Shown: positions 35,415 through 50,062 of the stretch, one piece after another
Position numbering within the stretch: the first letter of the stretch is position 1
Layout: every line of letters starts with the position of its first letter
NCBI RefSeq assembly: GCF_004010195.1
Contig: NC_057718.1
Span: 45,558,322 to 45,622,321 of the forward strand
Source of the DNA: Chiloscyllium plagiosum
Taxonomy: Eukaryota
DNA: 64,000 nucleotides
Direction: 5' to 3'
Position numbers and translations under genes: made by a program
The notes under the pieces: model-generated
What the model saw: only the letters and a program-made list of their open reading frames with translations
What the model was told of the DNA's origin: nothing
Databases searched by the model: none

Positions 35415-36160
35415 TTAATCTAGTCCCTTTTACTAGCCATTATCTCTCTCAACCTTTCCTATTCATGTACAATTCAGATGCCTTTTAAATGTTGTAATTG
35501 TACCAGCCTCCACCACTTCCTCTGGCAGCTTATTCCATACACGCACCACACTCTACATGAAAAAGACGGCCCTTAGGTCCCTTTTATATCTTTCCCCTCT
35601 CACCTTAAATCTGTGCTGTCTAGTTTTGGACTCCCCTATCCTGGGAAAAAGACCTTGGCTATTCATCCCTATTTATGCCCCTCATGATTTTATAAACCTC
35701 TGTAAGGTTACCCCTCAATCTCCGAATCTCCAGGGAAAATAGCCCCCACCGCTTATTCAGCTGCTCTCTATAGCTCAAACCTTCAAATTCTGACAACATT
35801 CTTGTAAATCTTTTCTGCACCCTTTCAAGTTTAACAAGTTCAGCAGGGAGACCAGAATTGACCACAGTATGACCAAAGGGGCCATCCAATGCCCTGTAAC
35901 ATCACAACTCCAATTCTTAATGCACTGATCAATAAAGACAAGTCTACCAAACACCTTCACTACCCTGTCTGCCTGTGACTCCACTTTCAAAGAACTATGA
36001 ACCTATATCCCAAGGTCTCTTCATTCAGCACCACTCCCCAGAACGCTACAATTAAGTGAATAAGTTATAATCTGGTATGCCTTACCAAAATGCAACACTC
36101 ATATTTATCTGAACTAAACTCCATCTGCCACTTCTCAGCCAATCGGCCCATCTGATCAGT
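35415..36160 (-). mobile_element. CR1 LINE 3' part
   Basis: KLERVQKRFTRMLSEFEGLSYREQL...FSLEIRRLRG. Confidence 0.85.
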
Positions 36161-36479
36161 GTCTGCTTCTGCTCAGTGAAAGTTCATTCATTCCCAACTA
36201 TTCATAATAGCATCTAGAAGGTTGCATATTACACTTTAATGCATCACCCAATAATATCTTATTCCTACCTGTTCTCTTTGATCTATCAGCACCATTGGAT
36301 GTGAATGATTGAGACCTCCTCCTATATTGCACATCCTCTGTCACCAGGTCCCATTGGACTGTAGTTATGCAATTTCTGTTTTACTTAGTCAAATATGAAC
36401 TTGACATAATAGTCAGGAACTTCAAAAAAGTTGCAAAGGTTGGTTCAGTAATTATAAACCAGTCAGTTTAACTTCAGTG

Positions 36480-37280
36480 GTGACAGAATATCAGGAAACA
36501 GTTATTTGAAACTGAATTAATAGTCATATGGAAAAATATGAGTTGGTTCTGAAGAGTCAGCATGGATTTCATAAGTGAAAATTAACTCCAACTAACTTGC
36601 TGGAGTTTTCTTTTGTAAGAAGTGATGGTAAGCTGATAAGGGGAAGGTTGTTGATGTTATATATGGACTTCCAAAAGGCACTTGGTACAAAGTTGAACAG
36701 CATGCTTGTGAGGCAAGTTATAGGTCATAGAATAAAGGGGATGGAAGCAGCACAAATACAAAATTGGCTGAAGGATTGTTAATGGATGCTTTTTGGACTG
36801 GAAGAAAGGTTGCTGAGTTCCTGAGGAGTCAATGTTGGGACCCTTGCATTTCCTGATTTATGTAAATAATCCAGATCTTCACGTGCAGGGGACAATTTTA
36901 ATTTTATTCATATCTCTTCAATTTACAGCTGCTAAAATTGTAAACAGTGAGGAGGGCAGTATAGCACTTCAAGAAGGTATTGACAAGTTGGTGGAGTGGA
37001 TGGATAGTTGGCAGATGAGGTTTAATGTGGAGATGTTGAGGTAATACATTTTGGTACAAAGATCACGAAGGTGATTAAAAATATTTTTCACAAAGCAAGT
37101 ACACTGTCTAGAAGAATGGTGGAGGCTGGTTCAATTGCTAGGGGAAATAGGATGATTATCTAAATAGAAAATATGAGGAAAAGACAGATAATTGGCTCAG
37201 TGGTCAAGTGGTGACAGCACTAAATTGAAACGCTCAGGAGCGAGAGCAGACACCAATAGGACAAGTGGCCGCCTTGTGCA
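36480..37280 (+). mobile_element. Decayed CR1 RT fragment
   Basis: YMDFQKA, LGPLHFLIYVN, WMDSWQMRFNVE. Confidence 0.75.
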
Positions 37281-37359
37281 CACCACCAATAATTGTTTCT
37301 CATTATTTCCCTGCATAGTCACACAGACTTCTGAGAATATAACACTATTGTCCTTTTCT

Positions 37360-38730
37360 TAGAGTCATACAGCATGGAAACAGACCCTTCTGTTTAACTA
37401 GTCCACACCAACCATGTTTCCAAGATTAACTAGTCCCACTTGTCTGCACTTGGCCCATGCCCTTCCAAACCTTTCCTATTCATGAACTTATTCATATGTC
37501 TTTTAAATGTTCAAAATGTGCCTGCATCTATTACTTCCTCTGGCAGTTCATTCCATACACAAAGCACTCTCTTTGTAAAAATTTTGTCCCTCATGTCCTT
37601 TTTTAAAACATTTTCCTCTCACCTTAAAAAAGATGTCCTCTAGTTTTGAACTCGCCTACCCTAGGGAAAAGACCTTGCTATTCACCTTATCTATGTCCCC
37701 CTGATTTTATAAATGTCTGTAAAGTCACCCCTCAACCACCTCCAGTGAAAACAGTCCCAGCCTATTTTTATAACTCAAACTCTCCATTCCCAACAACATG
37801 TTGGTAAATCTTTTGTGAATCCTCTTCAATTTAATAATATCCTTCTTATAACAGGATGACCAAAACTGCCCACGGTACTCCAGAAATCCTCATCAATGTC
37901 ATATACAAGCTCAGCGTAATGTTCTAACTCATATACTCAATGGTCTGAGCAATGAAAACATGTGTGCTAAATACCTTCTTAACCACCTGTCAAACTGTGA
38001 TGCAAATTTCAAAGTATTATATACATGAACCCTTAGATCTCACTGATCTACAACACGAACGAGGGCAATAACATTAATTGCATAAGTCCTACCCTTGTTT
38101 GTTTTACTAAAATGCAATACCTTGTGTTTATCCAAATTAAACTCCATCTGCCACTCCTCAGCCCATTGGCCCAAGTTATGAACACAGCTAGATTATTATA
38201 CAAGCCAACCTCCCATCCATTGATTCCATCTACATTTCTTATTACCGCGAAAGACTGCCAACATTATCAAAGACCCCTCTCATCCCGGTTATAATCTCTT
38301 CCAATCTCTTCCATCAGGCTTAAACATATGTGTCAACTGTTCAAGAACTGCTTCTTCCCCGCTTTTATTAGACTGCTGAATGGACCTCTCAGATTTCAAA
38401 TCTAAAGTTGATCTTGCTTTTTGTACATCCTCTGTGCAGCTGTAACTTTGTATGCCTTGCTGTGTTTAATCACCGTATGATCTGTATGTCCTTGCATATT
38501 ATGATCTGCCTGTACTGCACATAAAACAAAACTTTCCACTGTACTTAGGTACATGACAATAATAAAACAAATCAAATGAAACAAATTGATCAAGATGTCT
38601 TTGTAATCTTAGATTTCTTTCTTCACTGTCCAATTATATCACTAATTTTGGTGTCATCTGCGAACTTGCTCACCATCTTTTCTATATTCTCATTCAAACT
38701 GTACGAATGACAAACAAAAGTGGATCCAGT
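37360..38730 (-). mobile_element. CR1 LINE interrupted at about 38180-38580 by a plus-strand Rex1/Babar-like LINE 3' end
   Basis: CR1 sequence ccattggcccaa stops at about 38175 and resumes as ttgatcaagat at about 38586. The insert ends in aataataaaacaaatcaaat. Confidence 0.7.
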
Positions 38731-39094
38731 TTGCTGCCCCTTGGTAAATCATTGTCTTGTGCAGGGGCAGCTTCCAAGTCATTCAACTCTCATTCCTCAC
38801 TAATCATTCTACACCTTGGGCCATCTCCATGCTGTAGGAGTGCTGACGCTGGTTGGATTCAGCATTGTTTTGGCCCTGAAGTTAATTAATGCTGGATTTT
38901 GAAAACCTGCATGACCCCACCTTGACCTAGCCAATGTCCCTCTTGTCTTTGTAAGGACGGTTGCCCACCAACAGTACCTTGACATTTTACATTATACCAG
39001 TCATATTAAGGGCAAGACATTGCTGTTGGGTCTCACTGTGATGCATGATTTTTTTCATTGAACTCCTGTATGAACCAGTACATATAATATGACA

Positions 39095-39221
39095 AGAGAA
39101 AGTGAGGACTGCAGATGCTGGAGATCAGAGTCGAGAGTGTGGTGCTGGAACAGCACAGCAGGTCAGGCAACATCCGAGGAGCAGGAGAATCGACGTTTCA
39201 GGCATAAGCCCTTCATTCCTG
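39095..39221 (-). mobile_element. Penelope-derived repeat, family A (single arm), with probable degenerate TSD
   Basis: gagaaagtgaggactgcagatgctggagatcag...gacgtttcaggcataagcccttcattcct. Flanks are catataatatgaca and catattgaatgaca. Confidence 0.8.
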
Positions 39222-40144
39222 CATATTGAATGACAGCCTATAAATGTTTGATCAATCAGTTTGCAGTACCAACACATTTTCACTTACAAGAAGTAATTTT
39301 TGATACTTGCCTGGATAAATACTGATACTGCTATATTATAGAGATCCAATTCCAGAGTCAGATGTAAGCTGCAACCTCTGCCAGAGTATTCCCTTGCAAG
39401 TTGTACTGGCACAGAAAATGGATTCTCCAGCTGTAGGCTTCATGCTACCGTACCTCTTGAATCAGACCAGTATAAAACAGCTGCCTGGAAGTCACGTTAC
39501 TTGCAGGCCGAATGGTTTCTTATCAAGTGAATGCTAATAGGGTGGTATCTTGTTTGATCTGCTCCACTATGACTGAAGGAAATAGTTTAGCTCTGAGTCT
39601 AATTACATGTGGTGGATATGCAGAAAAAAATCTTTCAAGAAAAAGAATTCACATTAACTACTTCAAAAGGAGAACAGTAGAGATAAGTATACACAAAGGT
39701 GATGAAATACTTCATGGAACATAATGAAGCTATTTCGGATTGAAGGGCACGACTCCTGGCAGAATGATAATGTGTTCAAATAACTTTAATTCCAATGGTC
39801 ACTATAGTCTCAAAATTATTCACAGCTCCATGTACAGATTTGGATGGGTAAAGGAGCACAGTTGCAGTAATGGTGGAAAATTGCAGACAGCTGCAAATTA
39901 AAGGGATATGGATAATTAAAGGGAAATTCTAGGAACAAGGGGTTTAAATTCTTACAAGTCTTTAGAAAGGTTCAAAAAGTATTTCAAACTACTGACAGTG
40001 TGTTTTGAGGCTAGAGGCAGAAAAATGACAAGAGTAAATAAAACTGAAGGAAACTCAAAAACATGAGTTTGCAGCGATGTAATGGAGGAGGCAAGAACCA
40101 ACTCCCCTGTTTAATGGCTGCGGAAGTGACAGTGAACCATGGTT

Positions 40145-40880
40145 TTTTTTTTGTTAATACTCGTTTATGGAATGTAGGTGTCACTCGTTGGGCTAGCATT
40201 TATTGCTCATCCTTAAGTGTCCTGGCGAAGGTGGTGGTGAGCTGTCTTCCTGAACTACTGCAGTCCTTCAGGTGTGTGGACACCCACGATGTTGTCACAA
40301 AGGGAGTTCCAGGATTTTGACTCACACAGTGAAAGAACAATGATATAATTTCAAGTCTGGATGGTATGTGGCTTGAAGGGGAACCTGTAGGTGGTGGTGT
40401 TCACATGTATCTGCTGCCCTTGTGCTTCTGGCTGGTAGAATGAATTGACTTGGAAAGAACTGTCCAAGGAACCTTGGAGTAAAACTGCAATGCATGTTGT
40501 AGATGGTACACAGTACTGCCAATGTGCATCAATAGTGAAGGGTGTAAAGGTGGTGAATGTGGTACCGTTCAAGTGGACTGCTTTCTTCTTCAGGGTGTCC
40601 AGCTTTTTAATGGTTGTTGGAGCTAAATTCATCTATAGCTCAATATGGAATATTCCTTCACATTCCTGATTTGTGCCTTGGTGGACAGGCTTTGGGGAAA
40701 CAGGTGAATTATACACCACATAACTACTAGCCCCTAACCTACTGTTGTAAGCCACAATATTGACTACTTCAGTTTCTGATAGTTCTTGGGATGTAGTAGT
40801 TAGGAATTCAGCAATGGTAATGTCATTAAACATCAAGGGACAACGATTCTCCCTTGTTGTGAATAAAGTGGACTGATTGG
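40145..40880 (-). mobile_element. Second-family LINE 3' part
   Basis: MNLAPTTIKKLDTLKKKAVHL-type C-terminus, with a 3' UTR shared with 44670-44755. Confidence 0.75.
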
Positions 40881-42087
40881 TCATCTAGTATCATGGAATC
40901 ATAGAATTGTTGCAGCACTGAAGGAGGCTACTTGGCCCATCATGCCTGCATCAATTGTTCAAATAAGTGTTGTTATCTAGTGCCAACCTCCAGCCATTCC
41001 TCTTTATCCTTGTACATGATTTCTATCCAAATAATGATCCAATGCTCTCTTGAATGTTCTCAGTTGAATCTGCCTTCATCACATTTCCAGGCACTATATT
41101 CCAAATCCTAATTTTCCTTTGTTTGAAAACATTTTTCATCACATCACCCTTTTCTCTTTTGCATGTTATTTTAAATCTATGCCCTCTTGTTCTTTTCCCC
41201 TTTTACAAGCAGGTACAGCTTCACCCTATCTTCTCGATCCAACCGTTCATGATTTTGAAAACATTTATCAAATCTCCTCTCAGCCTTCCTGTCTCCAAGG
41301 AGAACAGTCCCAACTTCTACTATCTATCCCTATATAATATTAGATTTCCATAAGTCAGCTATCCAACAGGTCCTGAATGGTGTGAAAACAGATGAGAAAC
41401 CACAGTTAACTTATTGCAATTTTGCTGGATGTTATTACAGATATCCTAGCATCAGATGGCATACTTTGCATTGGTCTCTCTATTGACCTAGAGTTTGTTA
41501 AGACATTTTCCCACAGCTATTGTTAGACAGGAACAGAAATGTTTGCAGATACATTTAGTAGATTTTTTATTTGCGGATATAGTCAGTTGGGCCAGGTTTG
41601 CTGTTAATTATTTAGACCTTCAGAAACCTTCATGTTTTGTAAGACAGGTGCTTCTGAAGAAACCTCCAGCAATATTATTTGTCGAAACTTCTCACATGTA
41701 TCTGCACCAATCTACCTACTCTTACAAAACTGATTGAGAGTTGCAGCTTTCATGTTCACTAATTCTCAGTGAAACTGTCTATGTTAACATCAGTGGGCCA
41801 ACGGAGGACATTACTCATGAATCTGGGCCTACCTAATACTCCTCTGGTTGAGGCCTTCCTCCGCCTTCTATCTGCCTCCTCCCTCCTTTTGGCTTTCCAT
41901 GTATTGGCTAAAAAAACGGTCTTCTGGATGAAATTTAAGAGTGCTATTCCCTCCCTACTTTGCACTCTAAAACTATCTCAGTTAATAGTTGGGTAATTAA
42001 AATCCCCCACTGCGGTTACTATAGCATTTATTTTTCTTAGATATTTTTGAAATATGTTAACACATTTGATCCCTGATCTCTCTCTGA

Positions 42088-43300
42088 CATAACTGAGTTT
42101 TTTGAACAAGTAACAAAGAGGATAGATGAAGGCAGAGCGGAGGATGTGATCTATATGGACTTCAGTAAGGCGTTTGACAAGGTTCCTCAAGGTAGACTGT
42201 TTAGTTAAGTTAGATCACAAGGAATACAGGGAGAACTAGCCATTTGGATACAGAATTGGCTGAAATGTAGGAGACAGAGGTAGTGTTGGAGGGTTGCCTT
42301 TCATAAGGAGAGTGCCACAAGGATTGGTTCTGGGTCCATTGTTTTTCATCATTTATATAAATGTTTTGAATGTGAACATAGGTGGTATAGTTTGTAAGTT
42401 TGCAGATGACACCAAAATTGGAGGTGTAATGGACAGTAAAGAAGGTTATCCAAGAGTACATTGAGATCTGGATTAAATGGGCCAATGAACTGAGGAGGGG
42501 TAGATGTAGTTAATTTGGATAAATGTGAGGTGCTGCATTTTGGAAAGGCAAATCAGGGTAGGACTTATACACTTGATGGTCAGGTCCTGGGGAGTATTGC
42601 TGACAAAGAGACCTTGGAGGGCAGGTTCATAATTCCTTGAAAGTGGAGTCACAGGTAGATAGGATAGTGAAGAAGGTGTTTGGTATGCTTTCCTTTATTG
42701 GTCAGAGCATCGAGTATAGGAGTTCGGAGGTCATATTGCGTCTGTACAGGACTTTGGTTGGGCCACTGTTGGAATATTGTGTGCAGTTCTGGTCTCCCTG
42801 CTATTGGAAGGATATTGTGAAGCTTGAAATGGTTCAAAAAAGATTTACAAGGATGGTGCCAGGGTTGGAGGATTTGAGCTATAGGGAGAGGTTGAATAGG
42901 CTGGGGCTGTTTTCCCTGGAGCATTGGAGGCTGAGGGGTGACCTTATAGAGCCTTATAAAATCATGAGGGACATGGATACAGTAAATAGACAAGGTCTTT
43001 TCCCTTGGTTGGGGGAGTCCAGAACAAAAAGCATAGGTTTAGGTTGAGAGGGGAAAAATTTAAAAGGGACATGAGGGGCAACCTTTTCATGTAGAGGTTG
43101 GTATATGTATGGAATGAGCTGCCAGAGGAAGTGATGGAGGTTGGTACAATTACAAGATCTAAAAGGCATTTGGATGAGTATACGAATAGGATATGGGGCA
43201 AGTGCTGGCAAGTGGGACTAGATTAGGTTGGGATATCTGGTCAGCATGGATGAATTGAGGGGTCTGTTTCTGTGCTGTACATCTCTATGACTCTATGACT
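42088..43300 (+). mobile_element. 5'-truncated CR1 LINE inserted into an older antisense CR1 endonuclease fragment
   Basis: YMDFSKAFDKVP, FADDTK, LYRTLVGPLLEYCVQFWSP and a (ctatgact)n tail. The host fragment (VGDFNYP, minus) at 41960-42088 resumes at about 43300. Confidence 0.9.
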
Positions 43301-46300
43301 GTTTTGGTGACCTACAGTAAACACCCAACTACTGCCTTCCCCTTTTTTGTGCTTTTTACTTTAACCTAAAAGCCTCTTTCAATGAGGTAATTAATGAACA
43401 TAGTTAATGAGATTAAAATGCAGAATATTGTGTGAGAAGAGTCAGTCTGAGCCATGACAGACAAGGCACCATGAATTAAACTCAATGAAACAATTTAAGT
43501 CAAAATGGGAATTTTCAGCCCTAAATTATTTTTCTCAGACAGAAATGTCCCAAGAATATCTTATAATTCTTCACTTCTGTAGTGGGGAAGTAAGGCCTTT
43601 TCTGTTTTGCCATCTATTATTGCAAACACTGCACATGCTTTGAAACTCTGCAGCTGCTTTTGGTGATCTGAAAATAGAGATGATGGCCCTGAAAGCACAT
43701 CAAAAGGCATTAGATTGGGCAGAAACACTGTCACCTTGATCAACAATACAGTGGTAGCGTATGATCAAGGAACCAGGAACACGTTCCTTTTAACGGAAAA
43801 CTGCTCTGTGATGATCAAGAGCAGTTGGATGGTTATTGGATGGTTATTTTGATGAGATCAGTGTTTGCATTCATAATGCACAAGCTTTCCTGATAGTTAC
43901 TCAGAAGTTTGAGCGTCTCTTGTGCAACTAACACAGGTTCCCTAAATCTCCAACTTAAAATGCTGCCAGCAGAAAATAGACAAATTCCTTCCAAAAGTTT
44001 CATATCTAAAAGCAATTTGGTTTTGTTATTTCTCACCTCATCGCTGTCGTGAACTGAGTGAGATGAAACAGTAAGATGCATTCATATCAAAAGTGTATGC
44101 GCTGTTAATGTTGCCTTTATTTTCTCCAGACTCCCTCTGCTGGTAGTTGTGTGTAAGTTAGCCTTGTGCAGACACAATGCACAGTGCATTCTTTAATATA
44201 CTGTACTGACATCCAATGTTCTTCTCCTCCCCTCGCCCTCAAATGGGTAGGCAAGCTGCCAAAGAAGATTTGCTTATTTCATGCAAAGCATGCATAAACA
44301 AGTACACAACTAGAACAAGTCACCCATTTTGTCCTGAGTTTCAGACGATTGTTTAATTAAGACTAACTTCAGTCCTTATGTAGAATAAAATAATCACTTT
44401 TTTTCTTTTACTTTTGTTATGCTAAGATGGCGGTTGAATTGGTTATCTCTTTTCATCCTTAGCAAAGATTCGTGTTCTTTAGAGTGTGAGGCTACACTTC
44501 TTGGCAATTAAAATGGAGTTAACTGCCTCAACCAGAAACAATAAGGAGCCAATTACAAGGTTTCCTTGAGTAAAGGCAAGAACAATTTTATTTCCTGCAA
44601 ATCCCAAGAAAAATGACAAAGTTACGATATCTAGAATGCATGCATACACACAGCAATATGGTTGACACTTAATTGAACTCTGGGCAAATAAGGATGGGTA
44701 ATAAATGCTGGCCTAGACAATGACAGCCTCATCCTGTGAATCAATAAAGAAAATTAAAAAGGAATGGTTCTAGTACAAAAGGACGATGAAAGGAATATCC
44801 AGTTTGAAGTCCTTAGGATATCTTTAAAGCATAAGATTTTAACCTGTGAAGAGTCATCAGCAGTTTTGAAAATTGCAGAGATACTTTTCAATTTCTCAGT
44901 TCTCAAGTTCTCTGATGCTTCTGTCCAGTCAGTACTGTCACCAGGCACTTTACTTTCTTGAGAGGTCATGAGAATGATTCCTCCAGCTTGAAATGCAAAC
45001 TTGTTTTGTATGTTCTGTCTGCTGAGGTTTTGTTTTTAAGTTTGCTAATTCTAGTTGAGGTTCCGTCTCCATTATCAAAATTTCCCGTAATTGTGTAAAT
45101 CAAATCAAGAAATGAGGATCTCTTTATGACTGACTGGATCGACTAGTTTCAGGGCCTTTTGATAGTTTTTAATTTCAGGTCAGGTGGTTTAATTTATTTC
45201 ACATTGGTTTCATGAATTTTGACTAACCTGTGTAGTGAGGTGTTTGCTGTGTTCATGTTAAGTCAGTGTTTTGTCCCTTGTTGAAAACTGTTTTAGTGCA
45301 TAGAATTCCAACATATTGATTTTAGAGGGTGAAATTCATAAATCAGTTGTCCATATTTTGTCAACATCATTAAACTGTGCAACTAAGAAAGACTGGACAA
45401 GTTCACATTATTGTCCTCAATGACTAAACATGTAGAAATTCAGTTGCTTTCCTTATTTTCTGATGACATTTTAACAAGCAATAACACAGTGAATTGTCTG
45501 CTTGTGTTACTGTTCTCAGCAAATTGCATTTTCTTCCTGCAACTTTACAGAGAAACCAGAATAGATATTGGATTGTTGTTATTTGACCTTCAGTGAGAAA
45601 TTACTGAAATATTCAGACATTCATAAACGTTGTTAAATTAAATGCTTGATCTAGGCTGGCTGCCAATGGTGAGGCTTTGGATGCCAAAATGACTTGCATC
45701 TGTCACAGGATTGATTGACCCATTTTGAACCTATCATATGCATAAATCAGCACATGAAAAATTATATGAGAAAATTAGAGAATCATTATTTGAAAATCAT
45801 AAGGATCAAAAATAACAATACGCTACACTTATGAATAATTATTTCTGGACATATCAAAACAATAATTATATAAGGTTGTGTCCATCACACATGCTGTTCT
45901 GAGATTTTATTTGTGACATTATGAAGACTGTGATAATTTGATTAATTGTGCCTGTTACTTTTTGACTGTTAAATAATAGAGGTCGATATAAAGATCAAAT
46001 TTGTGGACAGGACTAAATGTAGGTTTGTCTCTAGGTGTTGGTACTAATCTAGTTAACAGCACAGTGTATTGAAATAAAGGAATAAAACTAAGCATAATAT
46101 TAAGTCTGGGTAAGTGGTGGAGAGGTGCCTTGGCTCACAGCTGGAAAAATGGATGTGCTGCTGTGTGAGGTGTGTACTAAGAGGATTGTTTTATTTCAAA
46201 GTCAGCGTGACGTTTACAAGCTGCAGTAAATGGATGCAGTTACTGGGGAACACACATATTTAAAGGAAGATGGAAAGCTATGAGTAAATAACAGTACTGT

Positions 46301-48459
46301 GTTTCATGTAGCATTGTCAACTTTATCATTTTCACTGCTCACCACATCAAGGATTCAGGCAACCTTACTTTTAGCAAACTTATCTAGATAGAGGATATAT
46401 CTGGGCAATTGAAGGCCTAGTTACAGCCATCAGAACTCCATGGGGCTGAAATATAGGAGGTGTGGGCTTTTGGAGGTTGGGGTGGGAGGGTTTGCAGTTT
46501 TTCATGGAGGAGTGTAAGGATGGGAATCACAACTCCCATGGATCTGAAGAATCCCAACAGCTTGACCTGATGGTTCTGAAAGTGTTAATGTTGCAGATGA
46601 ATTTGCTCACTCAAATCTGATGATGTACCACAGTCCTTAGGTGGAGAATCAAACAATCAATCACAAGAGCTCAATACAACAGATACCGTCATCTCTAGCT
46701 CTGATACTTGTAGTCGGACCTAACTAGTTAATGTGAATTGTACGGGCTGCTATCATGAAATAAACAACATCTTGTTATGTCAGACAACTGCCTCTACACA
46801 TTAAGATTCTCTAGTGGATCATCTTCTACCAATGATAGATAGCCCTTATACTCAGCATTGAAAGGAGAATTAGTTGCAGTAAATTATCCCATCCACAAGC
46901 CACTGATTACCAGATTCCATTATGTTATGGTAATTGGTGAAATTCCCTCAAGTAACAATGGTGGAGCAAATCCATTCAACCCAAGGGAAAAAAAAACACA
47001 ATTAGAAGAAAATTAAGTTTACCACTTTAAGAACACTGCCACTTCAAGAAGATACAGGCAGTTTAGTCAGCAACTGAAATGCCAAAACTAGCCAACAGTC
47101 AGCAGCAGTTGTTAGAGCAGCAACGGGGTGGAAGTAGCACTCCAGAAAGATATTTTCATCTCAGAGCCGGTGAGAGGTGCAGGCAGAGTAAAAGCTAGCC
47201 ATGGAAAAGAGACAGAAACCTTCTGTTACAGCTCTGGAAGTAAAATTAGAGACTACAGAGGACAAGGGAGAAAACACTTTATATTAAAGTTGCAAGAAAC
47301 CAGTCAGGAAAGAAGTGAAAGGGAGTAATTACCCTTCAAAACAATCATGGCCACTACAACGAATGTAGACACCATGATGCATTGTGACTGCAGTGATTTA
47401 TAACATATATCAGAAAATTGACAATTTATTTGAAGGATAAAATACAAGTTAACAAGGTAGGTTCTAACAGAAAAAGAAATTTAGAAGAATTTCATGATTT
47501 TTGGAAATCAGACACTCACAATTTAAACCATGATTTTGACAGCAAGATCTATTAAAGTGGCAAACAAACAAGTTTATTTTTAAAGATTTACAAAGGGGCA
47601 TGCATTACGTATTGCACAGTGAGAGACAGGACAAAAACAATCCATTTCACCTGTAAAAAAATGGGAAACCTCCATCTTGGCAGCAGAAGGTTGGAAGACC
47701 TTCCAGAAGACCAGAAACCACTATGTTGATATTTTTAAAAATGCTGATTTAACCCAAATAAGCAGTACAGAGATACACTATTATCATTTAACACCATTTA
47801 AAATTTGAACTAAGTGATACAATGGAGATTGCTGGCTAACAGAGTTTAAAGGCTTATTGAAAGAGTTTTGTACAGTATTGCCAAAATGCAGAATTTAAAA
47901 GCTTACAACAATTTAATATACCGCGTTATATAGTTTAAAAGTTTGAAGAAACTTTAAGACAGTAGAATTAAAACAGCATTGATTTAATGCAAGATTTGAA
48001 GCCTGATGACAGATAATTACAAACAGCATTGAGATGTTACAGTTTTAAAAGAGTTGGAATAAATTAAGAAACAAGAAAGAGCAGGAGAAATAATATTGCT
48101 GTAATGATTTGATGTCAGAAGTGGGTCAAATACAAAACAGGACTGGGCATCTTGGAGATGGCAATTCTTAAGATACAGAATTCCTTCAAAATTAAAGGCC
48201 ACTGTGAAGCTGAACATGCTAATACACTATTGTATTCAAAAGGCCCTATAACAAATTATATTATAAATTGCCAATATATATAAGAAGGCACAGATATTTT
48301 TGAAGAAGTTCTAACAGCTTTTGATTTCAAACTGAGAACACTATGTTTTTGAATTACTAAGATTTAACAGAAGAGGAAGCTGCGTAATTAATCAACAACC
48401 TCTACAGATTAGTGGAGAACTATGATTAAAGAGATTTGAGATCAGAATTCATCAGAGAC

Positions 48460-48645
48460 AAATAAAAGCAAAGTACTGTGGATGCTGGATATCTGACATA
48501 AACACAGAAACTTCTGGAGAAATTCAGTAGATGAGGCAGCATCTGTAGAAAGACAAACAGAGTTAATATTTTGAATCCAGTATGACTCCTGTTCAGAGCT
48601 CTGCCAAACCTGTTGGGTTTCTAAAACATTTTCTGTTCTTGTTTC
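48460..48645. mobile_element. Penelope-derived repeat, family C, degenerate
   Basis: aaagcaaagtactgtggatgctgg...ggcagcatctgtagaaagacaaacagagttaa, plus a short inverted arm. Homologous to 17175-17270 and 61845-62055. Confidence 0.65.
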
Positions 48646-49024
48646 ATAAGAAACCGAATAGTTGTCAGAATCATTGAATCTTTTTGAGATTTCCTAAGCC
48701 TAAGGAAAACTTACCTTCAGAGAATGCTTTTCAAATTGGTTTCAAAGTAGAGGGCAGAGAGATCAGCAAATCTCACAGATATGTCTTGAGGAGAAAAGAA
48801 CAACCCTACAAAAAAACAACAGAGAATCAACCAAATAGCAGATATGTCAATGCTGTGGAACAATAAAGCCTAAGAGACATAGCCATGACAAAAGCAAGTT
48901 ACAACGTTTAAATTATAGGTGAGATCCAAATGATGTGCAGAAGTAGGACACCTTTTCACTCCATCAAAAGCAAAATGCTTGTTCATAAAAAGAGGTTAAT
49001 GCAACAGAACCCCTCTTTTAGAAT

Positions 49025-49265
49025 CCTGGGTTTCTGCCAGATGCTCCAGTTTGCTTCCATAGTCCAAAGATATATACATTATGTGGATTGGCCATGCTAA
49101 ATTAACCACAGTGTTCAGGGATATATAGGTTAGGTGCATGAGCTATGGGAAAATACAGGGTTACAGGGATAGAGTAGGGAGATGGATCTGGGTGGGATGC
49201 TCTTCAGAGGGTCAGTGTGGAGTTGTTGGGTCGAATGGCCTGTTTCTGCACAGTGGAGATTCTAT
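49025..49265 (+). mobile_element. HE1-like SINE 3' part
   Basis: agtccaaaga...attggccatgctaaatt...gggtcagtgtggagttgttgggtcgaatggcctgttt. Confidence 0.75.
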
Positions 49266-49935
49266 ATATGATTCCATGCTTCATTAGCAATATTGCTTCC
49301 ATTAAAAGAGATATCAGAGGCATTCTTGGGGAGGGGGATTAGTGATTCCATCCAAATGGACTTTCAGAGAACTTATCTATGTCAATACATACCATGTTAA
49401 TTTTAAGGTTCTACAGGAATGTGTGTCATTCTGCTGTATGATCAGATACCGTAGCTGAAGAAACAGAAAAAACAGTTGACAAACATGGAGCTATGTGGGC
49501 CAGATGGAACAATTACTAAAATTAAAGATATGGTCCAAGTAACATTGCAACACAAACAGTGCACAAGAGTTAGAAATATTCATGTGGTTCACAATCAATA
49601 TTCCTCACTTTTGAGTGCATGCATACATTGGCCTGAACATCCTTACAGAAGTAGCAGTTCGTTGAGTTCCTCAAAAACATTTAGTTCTGAAACAAATCAC
49701 TGTCAAACAGCCAGTCAAGGAATAGCTGGTAGAAAATTTCATTAGGCTTCCTAGATTCATGGCGGAACCCAAAAAAAGGAAAGAATCTATTGAGAGTACC
49801 TACCTTGGCTTAGGAGAATTGTTTCATACTATCAACGGGAAAGAAGTCATAGGATGTACAGGACTAGTGGAGTTTTATTCCATTCTTTTCATCATCCAGG
49901 GGCATTTCAATTCTTTGTTTCTCAAAGCAAAATTT

Positions 49936-50062
49936 CCAGATGAAGGGCTTTTGCCCGAAACATCAATTTTCCTGCTCCTCAGATGCTGCCTGACCTGCTG
50001 TGCTTTTCCAGCACTACACTCGCGACTGTAATCTCCAGCATCTGCAGTATTCACATTCGCCC
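49936..50062 (+). mobile_element. Penelope-derived repeat, family A (single arm, mutated core)
   Basis: ccagatgaagggcttttgcccgaaacatc...gatgctgcctgacctgctgtgcttttccagc. Confidence 0.8.

Noticed and set aside
41960..43300. Antisense endonuclease fragment abutting a sense CR1 3' half, suggesting a twin-priming 5' inversion
   Set aside because: The antisense fragment resumes after the tail at about 43300, so this is a nested insertion into an older element.
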